Of a stretch of 64,000 nucleotides of DNA, positions 1 to 13,309 are shown in pieces (the first letter of the stretch is position 1; each line of letters opens with the position of its first letter). Below the pieces are notes generated by a model, which did not search any database, was not told where the DNA came from, and saw nothing but the letters and a program-made list of their open reading frames with translations. The DNA comes from Blasia pusilla (lineage: Eukaryota). A program made the translations under genes and the position numbers. The stretch covers positions 8,618,001 through 8,682,000 of the forward strand of contig CM114271.1 in the NCBI GenBank assembly GCA_050084515.1, in the 5' to 3' direction.

Positions 1-437
1 AGATACACCCCGCACTTCATGAGCGCCATGTCTTCCTTGGTACTCTTGTCTGTCTACTTCCGACGGTTCTTGCGCGATCTCAACAGTGCCCTCTTTGGTA
101 AACTTTTGATAGTTCCGGGTTCTCTTGCCATGAGAAATGAGCAAACTCATGCCCCCGGTGTGACTACTCTACGCCCGATAACCGCCAGTCTTATGTAACG
201 GCCGCCTCTCCCGTAACGGCCTCTTGGCACTCTTTGTGATTTAGGGCAAAAAACTCGAGGACAACGACTCTGCTGGAAGAGACAGAGACTGCGAAGACAA
301 AGAAGGAAAAGACTCGAAGATCACCATTCCTTGTCTTTCCCGAGTCTTTGCGAGTCCTTGGAGTCCTTACTTCACCCGTATGAAATGTTTAGCGCTAGGT
401 CCTGTGCTTGCGCTTTCTCTACCCCCTCCCTCAGTCT

Positions 438-3400
438 TCAGGCAGGTGTATAATATCTTCGCACATGCATGCCATTTACCCTTGTTGGAAATGCTTCTCC
501 TTTCAATGTCTCCAATTGTAAAAAACCATTTTCAAAAATCTCCATAACCCAGTAAGGCCCCATCCAGTTTAACTTAAGCTTCCCTAGGAACTTTATACAA
601 CGGTCGGCAAAAATTAGCACCATGTCCCCTTCTCTTCTTGATTGTGGTCTCAAGTTCTTGTCATAGCGTGTCTTCCTTTGTGCTTGGACAGTCTTTATAT
701 GTCTAAGGGCAAGATGTCTTGCCTCCTCCACCGCTACCAGGTCTTTGTTCCTTTTTGCTGTGGTAGCCGACTCTTCTCCGTCCCTCTCTTCTTCTAAAAT
801 TTAGTAGGTTGGCACCTCCCATTCAATTGGAATGGTGTGTACTTGGTAGTGACTTTCTCCATATGTTGGTATACCCAGAGGGAAACAAGAATCTTGGTAT
901 CCTAGTCATATGAATAGGTGACAGTCAGGCGGTTCAAGATCCTACAAATAAGCCCATTGGACGTCTTAGTTAACCCATTAGCTTTGGGGTTGTATGGGGT
1001 AGTCTTCTTGTGATTGATCAGGAAATGGTCGGTCAAAGCTTCGATTGTCTGGTTGAGGAAATGGGTTCCTCGGTCGCTCACCAACTCCAAAGGACAGCCA
1101 TGTCTATTAATGATCATTTCATATACAAATTTAGCTAATGCCTTAGTGTCATCCTTCTTAGTAGCGACCGCTTCCACCATCTTGGTACAATAATCCGAGT
1201 GGCAGGTGAGATGGGCCCCATGAAGTCGATACCGCACTTCTTAAATGGGGTTAAGGGAAGAATAGGTACCAATGGCCAATGGGAGGTTGCCGTGGGCCTT
1301 CTTATCTTTGACAAGCATCACACTATGGTATAAAGAACCTAACATCTCGATACATGGTGGGCAACCAATAGCGTGCGGCCAAGATCTTTTTGACCATATT
1401 CTTGACCGTATTCTTAAGTGCATAATGCCCTTTTTCATCCACCTTGTGCATAGCAGCAATCACTCAAGGTACTTCCTTATTCTCCTAGCATCTCCGGTAT
1501 TCTTCGTCCACGCTAAGCTTGAATAATACCTCATGGCAGAGCTCATAAGGCCCTACCTTACCTAAAAACACTGCATGTTCTTCTGCTGTCATAGGGGCTG
1601 GAAATTTGAAAGTGACAAGGAACCGCAAAATGTCCTCGTATGAAGATATTCTCAAGGTCTCTTTGCTTATCAGGAATAGCTCCTTGTCCGGAAAATCATC
1701 TTCGAGGGTCTTCGTGAGGTCGGACTCCGGCGTTCTCAACCGTGATAGGAAATCCGCATTGGGGTGGATTTTCCCTGCCCTTGTTACCACGTCAAATGTG
1801 AACTCTTGTACCAAGAGAATCCACTGAGCAATCCTGCCTGATAAATCTGCTTTGGGCACCAAGGCACAAAGCGCAAAATGATCGACATGAAAAACAAATG
1901 GGTACCCCAGCAAGTAATGCCGGAACTTCTTGCAAGCAAAGACCATTCCCAGGTCCTCCCTCTATGTAGTAGTCTACTTTTGCTCCGTCATTGAGAGTTT
2001 ATGACATGCATAATAGATAGGGTCATCCTTCTTCTTCTCATCTAACTGAATTAGTACCACACCAATCACAAACAAAGAGATGTCTACATACACCTAGAAG
2101 GTCTTCGTTTAGTCTGGAGGCCGAAGCACAGGAGCTGTCATGAGCACGTGCTTCAACTCCTCGAATGCCTTCTGACATGCAGGCAACCACTCCCACTCCT
2201 CGGTCTTCTTCAGTAGGGTAGTTAAAGGCTTCACCTTTAGTGCATAATCTTTAATGAATCGGCGATAGTACCCCACATGCCCCAAGAACCCTCTTAGCTC
2301 ACGAAGATTTGTGGGAGCTTCCAACTCCAACATTATCTCCACTTTAGCCTATTCCACTTCGAAACCGCGTGAAGGCACCTGATGGCCCAATAGGATATCA
2401 TGCTTCATTGCAATGTAAGAGTTCTACATGTGCAAAGACAACTGCACCTCTCCGCCACGAGCCAAGGTGAGCTCTAGCTTCTGGAAGTGATCGGCGGCCG
2501 AGGTGAAGATGCAAAAGTCATCCAGGAAGATTTCTATGAACCTTCGCAAGTACTCTTGAAAGATAGAGATCATCAGTCTTTGAAAAGTGGCTGGGGCATT
2601 GCACAACCCAAAAGACATCACTCGATAAGCAAAAGTTCCCCAATCCGTGGTGAAAGTAGTCAGGGCCCGGTCCTTTTCTCTTATGGACACTTGATTGTAG
2701 CCGGAATATCCGTCCAAGAAGGTATAGCATTCATGACCAACCACTTTATCTAAGATAGTATCAATAAAGGGCAGGGGGTGATAATCCTTCAGGGTGGCCG
2801 CATTAAGCTTCCTATAGTCTTGACATACCCTGAACTTACCCGTCTGCTTCTTCAGAACAATGACTATGGGGGATACCCACTCACTACAAAGTACCGGATT
2901 AATGACTCATGCTTCCCACCTGTGATCAATTTCATCTTTGACCATTAAGGAATACTTTGGATTCAATCTATACTGCCGCATTCGCACAGGGATTGCCCCG
3001 AACATCACATCAATTCTATGCTCCCCATATTTGGCTGGTAATCCTTTCATCTCATCCATGGTGTAGGCAAACACATCTAGGTAGTTCGAAAACAAAGTTT
3101 TATATAGTGAAAGTTCAGATGAAGACAAGTGTGCAAACACACGTAAGGCTTTAGTATCGCTAATCAAGACTTCTTGGTAGTCCTTCTCTGCACTATCTTC
3201 CCGTGAACTGATAGGTAGTGAGCCCATATGGATCCTCCCTTGGACAGGACGTGCTGCGCTCAGATTGTAGAAATTCTTCATCTATCTCATAGCACTCTAG
3301 ATAGCACACATAGGACAAGGACTTTGTGTCGGCTGCCCGATCTTGATCCAAAGTATACCCTCATGTGTGGCAAGTGTCTCTCCTTGAGACGGCCAAGACT

Positions 3401-6200
3401 TCCAAGAGAACTTGACCAGCTTCTTGGAAGTACTTGATGGCGTTTGGAAAGTAAATCTTCATCTTTTCCAATCTATATTGACATGAGCCCTATAAAGCCA
3501 CGGCCTTCCAATGAGTAAGGGGCAACCTGTGACTATCAAAGGATGAAGGACAAGATAGTCCAATAGGAATAGCACCCCTCCTATCATAGTGGGTACCTGG
3601 GTAAGTTGCCCCAAGGGCCGCTTACGAGACTGATCCGCAAAGCGTAAATACTTATCGGTGGGTTCATACTTAGTGTAACCCAAAGCCTGCGCAGTTTGCT
3701 TTGTCATGATGTTGACCCCACTTTCGGAATCTATAGGCACCTTCTTGATAGTATGCCCTTCAATTTCAACCTCTACTTCCGGCGCACCAAAGTCTTCAAC
3801 TTTTATGCAGAATAGATCCACCACTAGGAGCTTCCTTGCTCCTGTCTTCTTCTGACGTCCAACCTTCCAACGTTGGAGAATTTTCCCATAAATGGGATTA
3901 TCCATAAGTAATTGCAATAAGGATATATTTTTTGGGATGGCAGCCAAATCGTTCAACAAGTTGTAAGCTTCCATCACCAAGAGGGAAGCCACCAAGGTCT
4001 CCATTTTTACTTCTTTGTGCTTGTGTAAAGGTCATGGCGTGCAGACTCCCCTTGCTTGTTCTTCCTGAACTTGGTTACGGACCTGCTTCTCTTCTTCCAA
4101 ATGGAAGTACTTCGCATGATTACCATCAAAAGCCGAGTCCTCATCACCTTTCAATAGAGCTTATCCCGCTTGGTATGTCTCAACCGCTTTCTTCGTAGAT
4201 GGAACACTCAGAGAAGAAGAAGACTTTGGGGTCTTTGCTCTCACAGTTTTCTTCTTAGACTTGGACCTAGTTTCCACTACGAAGACCTCATTGAGAAGGT
4301 CCTCGGGCCCATCTGAGGATTCTTTGTCGATCTTTGTTGCAAGGCCTCTTTCATGAATTGTCATCTTCTTTGGCAACCTTGGTGGGGTGACCTCTTCTAC
4401 ACGCACTAGCTGTATATTAACATCATTCTTGGTTTCGGTGGGTGCCGGTGGGGTGGTGATATATTTGACCAAAAGCCGTGGCTCTTGAGGTTTTGGACAC
4501 TCCACCGCTGTGTGTCCCCCCTTCTTGAAATTACCACATAGAGGATTCAACCCCACATGTCTCTTTGGGTTGAGGCAATTGTTTGTCCAATGATCGGATG
4601 CTAAAAAATTATAGGAGAAATTTCTTTTGATAGGGGGGTGAATGCTGCGGGTCCCATGATATGGCAAAGGGGCCTCTGCTCTCCATATTCAGGCGGCACA
4701 TATATGGGGTCTCCAACTTTGAGAAGTACTAGCCCCAGGAATTGCATGTACCGCGTATCATCCCTCCCGCGGGAAAGCTTCATACCATCCCTCTTCCCTT
4801 GAGGGTTCTTCTTGCATCCAACGTGAGTCTCGGTGCAATGGGCATTCCGGCATTGTATGCCCTTGAGTCCCACATGCACTGCACCAACTATATGTTAGGC
4901 TGCATAAGACGTGGCCTTCTTTGAGGGTCTTTTTGGGCTTCCAAGTGTACTTCTAATTCGGCCATTTGCTTGTCAATTCATTGATGATGGATTTATCCCC
5001 ATCCTTCTTAATCTGACGGGCGGTACTAACAGACTTGCGGCTCTCTGTCTTTGCGCTCTCGTCCTTATGCCCCTTTCCCAAAGACGAAGACCATCTTGGG
5101 CGTCTTGATTTCTTCTTCTTCTTGCCTGTGGAGTCTTCCTCAGACTATGAGTCTTGGCTCCTAGTGTTTCCTGGTGAGGTATCCAAAGAGTCAGAAGATG
5201 GCGAAGACTCCTCTAATGAAGAGCTTTTCCGCTTCCTATGATGTTTCTTCTTCCGCGTTCGCCTGGATTTCTCCAAGGCCTCGTAAGCTTCTACAGAGGC
5301 GATGACAGCAACTAACGAGTCACGCTGCTCCCTACGACAGTAGCAATCCATCTCCTTGGATAAACCCGACACATACCAATCCACCAACTACGGCACAGTG
5401 GTGTGCTCAACCTTACCACCCAAGCTCCAAAACCTCAGAGTGTACTCCCTCAAAGTCTCCTTCTTCCTTGTTTTAAGATCACAAAGGTTTGTAAGTAGGC
5501 AATCATCAAATTCGGGTCTTGTAACTCATGAAGGAATGCCTTAAGCAGGGTCTTCATGAGTGTCCAATCCAGGGTAGACCTTGTAATGCGTCAGAGGTCA
5601 ACGGGTTGCCTCAAGATTATGCTTTGTTGCACCGTCTCGATCGTGGAGTCGCACCGTCATTGTGGAGCAGAGTGTGGGTTTATTGTTGATTGAGGAGGGT
5701 ATGCCGCTGAGTGCCGCATCCCACCATCGAGGGCCGTGCCGTTCGTAGCCGTTCTGTACCGCCTGCAACGCCGCACTGTTCCGCTAGAACCGCACTGTCC
5801 ATCGAGGAGTTTTGAGCAACGTCAGTATGGGAGGAGTATGACTTGCTGGTTGGAGGAGTTATCTCCACGACCGAGTTGGGGTTGAGATTTGAAGTTGTTG
5901 AGGAGCAACATCAACATGTGTTCAGGTTATCCATTCTGGTCCTTTACCTTGCACGCGTCAAGGATTCTGGGATTTGGGTAGTTTATTTGGGGATATTGGG
6001 TTGTGTGGATGCTGAGAGCATCATTTATGTATGTGGTTTAGGGGACATAGACCTGTGTGGGATGTCTGGAGATGAGGGTAGGTTCTCGATGAGATGATAT
6101 CCTGGTCGATTTGCCGCACCACGCCGCTTGTTGCCGCACGTTACACGTCTCGGGGAGGGAGAGTGTAGATCGAGTGCCGCATGTTTGGGATGAGTGATTG
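438..6200 (-). pseudogene. gag-pol of A1 (gag ~4000-6200, PR ~3460-3800, RT ~2420-3100, RH ~1730-2110, INT ~440-1460)
   Basis: ORF fragments at 438, 902, 1485, 2109, 2424, 2907, 3459, 4161 and 5145 carry the motifs in PR-RT-RH-INT order. Confidence 0.9.
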
Positions 6201-6291
6201 AGGGATTACTTGCGAGGTTGAGAGTGATCATGTGAAAGGGGCACAAGGGCCATCACGGCCTTCTTTCAAGATTTTGTGTCGCGACCCTCAT

Positions 6292-6307
6292 GACCAAACG
6301 AGTGCCA
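6292..6307 (-). promoter_or_regulatory. Putative primer-binding site of A1
   Basis: Minus-strand TGGCACTCGTTTGGTC lies between the putative LTR and gag; the cognate tRNA was not identified. Confidence 0.5.
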
Positions 6308-6310
6308 AAG

Positions 6311-7281
6311 AGGAACATCAGAACATTAGCGTGCTCCCGCTAAGATGGTTTGCGTGTTGGAGTGGTCTCGAAGAAGAGACAAGAGACGGGACGCAAGCAA
6401 GGCTTTGCATTTCAGATGTTATGGTCATGAATGAGAAACCTGGACCAAACGCAGAACAAGACTTGAAAGGAGTTGAGTCTAGAAAGTGGGGTTGCCAAAG
6501 GAAGGAATCCGGATTTGGGACGCCACTAGCGTTTGAGAGTTTCCGATTGTATTTATGGCCATAACTTTCAGCGCCAATATGCGTTTGGATTGAACAAGGG
6601 TGCGTTAGAAGGCTTATGGAAAGTCAGTTCAAACGCACTAGAGATCATTTTAAACACATAAGCAGTGGGTGAGAAAAAACCCGAAAACAACTGTTAGTAG
6701 AGTCAGGTTGAGGGCCACAATGAAGGGCCCGACCCTCCTTTTCCAAAGGTGGGGGGTTATTGGAGAACCCCAGAAGTACTAGTAAGGGGGAAGGTCTCCA
6801 AGAGTGCTTGGAACTCGAACCCCACTTTGGGCGCCACGGGGCGGCTCAAGGGCATGGAACGGATCGAGAGTTTGGGGTTGGTTTGGAAAACCTGAACCAA
6901 GTCTATGGAGGCGATTTTAGACATCCCTCTTGGATTTCACCCCGCAACTCAATTACTTGGGTCTCGGTTTGGAACTCATACAAGGTTTGTTGAATAGTTG
7001 GGATCGCTAGGCGCGCAAGTGCCGTTTTAGGTTCCTGGATAAATCAGGAAGTCTGTTCCAAGTCTTGAAGGACTTGCCATGTTTTGGAAACTAGGAAGTA
7101 AGGAAGGTTAAGCTTGATGAGACGCCGAGTTGAGAGCTCGGTGGGTTGGAACGTTGGTTGGCCCAGACCCGACTAACAAGAGTGTGTGTTTGGGTGCAGA
7201 TTGGCGATGAGATCGTGTCCTATTGAACGTACGCTTCCGCAACAATAAAGATTGACGTTCAAGGAGAGTCGGGGCACAACA
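6311..7281 (-). repeat. Putative 5' LTR of A1
   Basis: Starts TGTTGTGCCCC at 7281 on the minus strand, is non-coding, ends at the PBS-like motif, and has a diverged homologue at 42595-42990. Confidence 0.7.
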
Positions 7282-7499
7282 TTTTGAGAGGCAAGGTAGT
7301 GGACCAGAGAGTAGCTCTGGAGGGTTTACCCTGAGTGGTGCGAGGTTTCAAAAGTCTCCACGTGAGAGACCACCTCGATCTCCTTCTGTGTCGTTGTCAG
7401 ACAAGGGGCAGCGTGTAGAGGAGTTTGTGAGCACATCGCCACACATTATGAGTGGTCCTCCCAGTTGGGCGTACAAGATGGACAATCGGGGTAGAGGAC

Positions 7500-8760
7500 C
7501 GCAATGGTTTCAAGTGCAGTAGGCACGATTGAGTTGCACGATTTCATAGCAGAGTTAGGAGTTGGTGTGACTCCCTGCGGGCTTGGAACTCTAGAGAGTT
7601 CAACCCGCTTACAACATGGAACGGTATGTTCCTGCATTTAGAGGGGGCGCCCATGGACAATTTCCACGAGTTCTCTCACAGATATGCACATGAGATCGAG
7701 ACGTGGAGGCTCTACTATGACCCACATTATGTGTCATGGATGGAGCCATTCCCAGATGAGGAGGAGGAGTCAGGAGAGGCTACTTCCTCTTCCACTAGTG
7801 ACATTTTAGGAGGGGTCACTTGCACGGGAGCAGTTGCACCGTCTAGTGGGGTTCGTCCCAGGTTCAACCCTGTGGTTGAGTTTTTTGTTGAGTTGAGGGC
7901 GAGCTACCACGGGGTACGGACGGAGAAGTTGCGGAGCATCCACGACTTCCAGAGGTGCCCGGGTGAGAGTTTGTGTGAGGCTTACACTTGCTTGCGCCGA
8001 TTGATCAACATCACTCAGGGGGTGACAGAGGCTCATGCTATCCAGTCGTGGTACGCGATGCTTGACCGGACCCTACGGACACGGGTGCGGGAGGGGGTGC
8101 TTCTTATAAACACCTCCCCTACATTGAGAGATTTTTTTAGGACCTCCGAGAACATTGAGCGCAACATGGCGGAGGAGAGCGTAGCCACCATGGATTCTGG
8201 GCGAGAGTAGTAACGATTGCCTGCACTACCTATGCAGCAACGTGGACTCCGAGATAGGTTGACTGTGGCACCACGAGCTCAAGAAGGATACCGGGGGGCC
8301 GTGCCATAGAGACTTGCGCCTTCACATGCGGCTCTACAGCAGACACCTACTATTACTTGTTGGTCATGTGGTGGAGCCCATCATCAGCGCGATTGCACTC
8401 GTCAGGGTCATGGACGTGTGCCTTAGCATGGAGGAGGAGATGGTGCTGCACCAAGAGGTTATCAGTATGACTATTGTAAGAGGTATGGTCATACACGCAC
8501 CAGGTGTTTCAATTTACATCCTGAGTTACGTCTGGACCGAGAGCAAGTAGTCGGTCCGAGTGGACCTAGAGATCGTAAACCAAGTGATCCCGTTGGGGGA
8601 CGTGGAGTTGGAGTTTCCCGACACGATGGTGGAGCTGCCCGTGGAGGAGGTAGAGTACCACCACCTAGACGTACCGAGGGAGACTCCAGATGTGAGGCTG
8701 GGATGGCTGCTCAGATACAGCAGCTACAGGAGCAGATTGCCATTATGGCATTGAGGTTAC
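7500..8760 (+). pseudogene. gag of B1 with zinc knuckle
   Basis: ORF 7626-8210 has a retrotransposon-gag-like segment (FQRCPGESLCEAYTCLRRL). CCHC knuckle CWSCGGAHHQRDC at ~8358-8396 and a second degenerate knuckle at ~8465-8510. Homologous to 59358-59965. Confidence 0.85.
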
Positions 8761-9328
8761 TCAATGCCGGATCCGAGGCATCGATATCATATGGAGCGGC
8801 CAGAGATCTGGAGGATCCAAGTTGGATGTGCGGGGTTGCCTAGATGGAGGCAGCCGTAGTTGTGATGGGTGGAGCAACGGCAGAGTTGGATCCATAACGA
8901 GGGGAAGCCAAGAAACATACTAGGCTTCCTCAGTCTTTCACGTTGTCTGAGGCGATGAGGACCCCATCGATGGGTCTTGATCAGAGTTCCTGGAGAGTTG
9001 GTGATGTTGTTGGTGTGCAGGCACGAAGGGCGATGGGAGAAGCAAGTTCAACGACTCCTATTGTTGATGCTTAGGAGGGGCATGTGTCGAGCACGTTGTT
9101 AGGGGCCGCCACCGTTGTGTACCGCACTCCTTTATTTTCTACTTCCGATGTTATGACGTTGGGGGTACGCCCGCCGAGGCTTTTTGGCTGGCCGCTTCAC
9201 TATGTGAGCGCGGATTTGGAGTTCTCGCATCACGTTTAGAGGTGATTGTAGAGGAGGTGATGGACTTGCCCTTGGAGTTGATGCTCGGGTAGTCCACGTT
9301 AGATTCATGGTAGGATTCGGCTGCTAGG

Positions 9329-9720
9329 ATGGCGGAGATGCCCACTAGACCCGCAATAGAGCGTGCCATGGCTTCTCCTGGTGTTGTCTTGCTAGATAAC
9401 CGAGGAGCGGTCTTGCAATTGGTGAGTCTCGGAGGTAGAGCTTTTAGTCCGGAGCGCGTCTTGTTGGATTCAGGAGCGCAATCCCTGATGTTGGGGAAAG
9501 CGTCATTCAGAGGATTGGGCTTGACGAGAGCCGATGTGGAGCGTTGTCCATTCCAGATATAGACTTCCTTGGGTGGAGCGAGTACCACACATTATATCAC
9601 CCGACAAGAGTTCATGGTGAAGATTCGCCCAGGACATCCTACAGATGAGTCCATGGTGCGAGCCAAGGCGATAGTGACTGATGCAGAGTCCTACAACGTC
9701 TTGGTTGGTGGAGGAGTGAA
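9329..9720 (+). pseudogene. Aspartic protease of B1
   Basis: VLLDSGAQSLMLG active site and downstream YNVLVG; homologous to 62350-62760. Confidence 0.85.
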
Positions 9721-9789
9721 GAACCCAAGGTAGCATGGAGTGCTACGATGACACCCTTGGATACCACACCCATTGTGTGGTGTATCCCG

Positions 9790-10003
9790 GAGGAGGGTAT
9801 TTGAGTGTTAGATCTCTTTGGAGGGATTAGCACCCGGTTAGCCGCTATTTTGCAGGTAGAAAAGCGAGTGCACCAGTATCTATATGTGGAGAGTGATGAT
9901 GTTGCAAGGCGTGTCTCACTACGACATGTGGCAGAGTTATGCCTACATTTTCCCAACTTATTATCTGCGTCCGCGGTACAGGGGTACCAGAGTTCCCTAC
10001 CGA
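9790..10003 (+). pseudogene. C5 DNA methyltransferase domain of B1, N-terminal part (motifs I-II)
   Basis: VLDLFGGIS (SAM-binding motif I) and YLYVESDDVARRV; collinear with 63160-63360. Confidence 0.85.
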
Positions 10004-12364
10004 GACCAAAGCGCGGCAGGGTCAATTTCGAAACACCCTCGGAACCAGAACCCACAATTCAAGAGGACTCCGACGAGACGCCTCGTGCTAGCGATCACCG
10101 TCCTGCATTTTGTCTCATGTCCCAGACAGCCAACGACATGGTGTGGTTCCTGAATTTAGCTGTCCCAGTCATGAATCAACTTCAACATGTTCTCCACCTG
10201 GAAAACACAACGATGGTGGACGAGTATTTACAAGCCCTTGATGACCTCAACTGTAGGGCCCAAGCTTCGTCAGAGAACAAAGCACAACGCAAAGTGGCGG
10301 AACAAAATCTTCACCTGTGGGATCAAGAACTCGAAGACACGAAGTCCACGCTTCGCAGAGTTCAAAGCGACTTGGTCCAGAGTCAGTACGAAGCACGGAA
10401 CACACGCCAATGGGAGAGCTTGGCGATTAACCTAGAGTGTGGAGCTGATCAATTAGCTTCGCAGGTCAAGGAAGCTTCGCAACTTATTCAACAATATCGA
10501 CACCAGATGCATCGTGTTAGCAATGAATTCAAGAAATTGGCCACACAACATGCTCAATCTACGAAATTGCTTCAAGAACATCAAGAAACGAACAGAGACT
10601 TAGTGGCGTAGTGGTCAGAGGCTACAGGGAGGATCGTTGTCTTGGAGGCAGAACAGAAGCTACTCAACAAAGTACACTTAGATCCAGAAGATGTCAAGGA
10701 GTTAGTCGACGAAGCAAGCAAGAATTTTGAACAACAGATGAGCGAAGAGATTGACTATGTCAACAAACATTGGAAGCGCCAATTCGACAACCATACGAAG
10801 TCTCTCCCGGAAGTTGTTCCCAACCTCTCAATTACTTTTGAAGAAATACCATTATTTACTCCATTTGATGTCTTAGTCCAGAACAAAGTATTAGGAAGTA
10901 AACTAGTTGTTAATAAATCACGAGAAAGAATGCGCAATCACACCCCCAACATTATCAACAAACCTTCAACTATTCACGGTGGTTTTGCGCCTACATCTGA
11001 GTTTGATAGTTTAGAGGATACTTTTATGGAGTTAGAAGAAACATCCTGATGTGTTCGCCGGGGCGGCTCACATTTGAGGGAGCGGGTATGTGATACCCAT
11101 AATTTTGTACTTTTGAAGAAATATATCTTTTTATTCAACGAAGACTCTTGTACTTTATGATTTTGATTATTTATTATTATGAGGAGGAATGAGTAAGATT
11201 AAAGTGAATTACGAAGCTCCAAGGACAAGGCAGAGAGATAGAAAATCAAGGATTTGCCTAAGAGGAGAGGAGAATAGAATAACGAAGTCTCAAGACCCAG
11301 CAAGAAGCTTCGGAACTATAACGAAGCTCAACGAAGCTCTGTCTACAAAGTGCTTTGCTTTATAAAGAAGCATAATGATGCAGGAAGAAGAAGAGAAAGA
11401 AGTACTTCGCTCTTGTACGAAGCACCTGGAACCCGAACAAAGAATGAAGAGCTTCGTCTTCTGATCAGGAGAAAGAGCTTCCTCCTCAAGCGAACCAAAA
11501 GAGGTCCAGACTTAGCAGCAAAGCGAAGCTAAGATTGACAGTGATTTCAAGCGACACATAGTTAGAACAGTTAGAATAGGAAGAGACGCAACCCTTTGTA
11601 TCAATTTGGTAGTTATGACTATTTTGTTCTGCAAATTCATAGGGATCATAGGAAAAGCAAAGAGCACCATAGATCTAGGTAGTTACAAAAGTTGAAGAGA
11701 CACCAGCTTCATCAAGAACGTTTCGAATCTTTGGATCACTCCTCCTTCAAGGAGTATTTAAGAAAAATAGAAGTAGCTATCATTATCATTCTCTTACGAA
11801 GTCCTCATGCTGTAGGAATGGTCCGAGCAAGGGAGTAGTACCCTCTCGAGCTTGTATACACTTTGAAGCTTTCTCATTCTTGATGGAGTAGTAAAGCAAT
11901 CATTCATTCATTCTGATGTGCGATGTTTATGTCTGAGTATTCTTTTTGGGTCTATAGAGTGAAGAGTGAATGAGGCGAACCTTTCTCATCAATGGAATAA
12001 TCAACATAAAGATTGTAGGAAATTTGTTTGACAGAGAGTAGCCTGCCGAGACGGATTGAGTTCCGAAAGTAGGAGAAGCCAGCTTTCATGTTGAGGTCTC
12101 TGTGAGGTTTCTTGATATCGAGAGGAAATCTACCTGAGCATGCTGTCAATTCCACTAGAGAGAATTGAGAAAATAAACTTTGGTACTAAGAAAGATCTGA
12201 AGATATTGATACGACATTGAATATAAATCATACACATTTAAATACACCTATTACAACATAATTGTAATTTTGAACTCTCTTTTCATCAAAAAATGATCCT
12301 CCTGGGGATCGAACTCAGTAAACGATTGTAAAATAGAAACTCTTATACATTACATATAGCTACA
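10004..12364 (+). mobile_element. LTR retrotransposon family C, 3' fragment (coiled-coil extra ORF, PPT, LTR) inside the B1 methyltransferase
   Basis: Abrupt switch out of B sequence near 10004; Q/E/K-rich ORF to 11049 with one stop; purine tract GAGGGAGCGGG just before the LTR at 11089. Confidence 0.8.
11089..12364 (+). repeat. Family C LTR
   Basis: TGTGATACCC...ATAGCTACA; highly similar inverted copy at 38849-40094 and a fragment at 57508. Confidence 0.92.
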
Positions 12365-12384
12365 AACTTTTTTGTTGTCGCGGG

Positions 12385-13111
12385 TTGGCTGACACTTGGA
12401 CCAGGTTGATTTGGGAGATGTTGAGGATCTTACGATAGTTGCAGGAGCACATGTCTCCTTCTGGAGAATGTGCCGATCTTAGGAGACTCCAGGTAACGGA
12501 TGGTGACAAGTGCTCATCAGGTGCGTGCCTGGATTGGCCCAAAAATGTTATTGCATGTGGCAAGTATAGGTTCTAGAGCCCATCGCCCGCATCTATGGTG
12601 GACCAACTTGATGCCCCATGCAGTGTTACGAAGGACGTATGCGAGAGTGGAGCGCCCCTCCCATTTGTTAGTGGATTCCATTCTGGATCCAGGTCATCGC
12701 TCACAGGCAGTGAGGCATGATGATCGACCACCGTTGACTGTGGTCAACAGGATAGGCAAGCCGCAGGCAGCCTTTCCCACATTTGTGAGTTTTCTCGCTT
12801 CCTATGCATACAAGGAGGCCGGTCTTGGCTTGGTTTGGGATGACCAAGTTCAAAGGTTGGTGGAGCCCACCGCCAATGAGAGAGAGCGGGCGGTGGGATT
12901 TCCCATAGGAGTGACGGCAGTACCGTCAGTATCAGAGGCATCACGATGCCATGTCTTGGGTCAGGCGATGGACATCAACTGCTTGACATGGATCTTCAGC
13001 TTGGGAGTGGCTGAGCAGCGTCAGATGAGATCACGACAGATCACATTGGTTGCGTTGGTGAGCCCCATGCCTACCAAGACGGTGGAGGTAGTGGCTGGGG
13101 GCGAGACCTGA
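12385..13111 (+). pseudogene. C5 DNA methyltransferase domain of B1, C-terminal part (motifs VI, VIII, IX, X)
   Basis: LLENVP near 12460, SIGSRAHRPHLWWTNL, EPTANERERAVGFPIGVT and SRCHVLGQAMDINCL. These match the DNMT3-family pattern ENV / AHRARYFWGNL / EMERVFGFP..YT / RQRLLGRSW. Confidence 0.88.
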
Positions 13112-13309
13112 GGAGATCGACACACCAAGGGAGATTGGGAGAGACACCCTTGGACTTCTTGGGATGTTTTGCAAGTACGCCAGGAGATGATAGTCACAAC
13201 ATCATGCGTGGTTTTGAGCACTGCATGTGGAGGAGATCAGAGTTTGTAGTTGGCAATAGGAGAGCGGCCGAGTGTTGTTGTTCGAGAAGGGGTTGCACCA
13301 TAGCAACCA

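Larger units (their letters stand above)
1..7281 (-). mobile_element. Ty3/Gypsy LTR retrotransposon family A, copy A1 (non-chromovirus, Athila/Tat-like), degenerate; 3' end runs off the window
   Basis: Minus-strand fragments in the order gag, protease (VPIDSESGVNIM), RT (TFLDGYSGYNQ, SFGLCNAPATFQR, FLDD), RNase H (KKFRHYLLG), integrase (GCPLELVSDRGTHF, YNPKANGL, GPY). Many stops and frameshifts. Confidence 0.93.

Noticed and set aside
9805-10611. 268-aa ORF as a novel methyltransferase/coiled-coil fusion gene
   Set aside because: It is a chance read-through across the B1/family C junction near 10004.
11952-12155. Near-identical small ORF also at 39058-39309
   Set aside because: Both lie antisense within family C LTR copies, so the similarity reflects the repeat; no domain was recognised.
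12365-12384. Possible degraded PBS after the PPT-preceded C LTR (shared-LTR tandem)
   Set aside because: Only AACTTTTT matches clearly, which is too short to separate from junction sequence.
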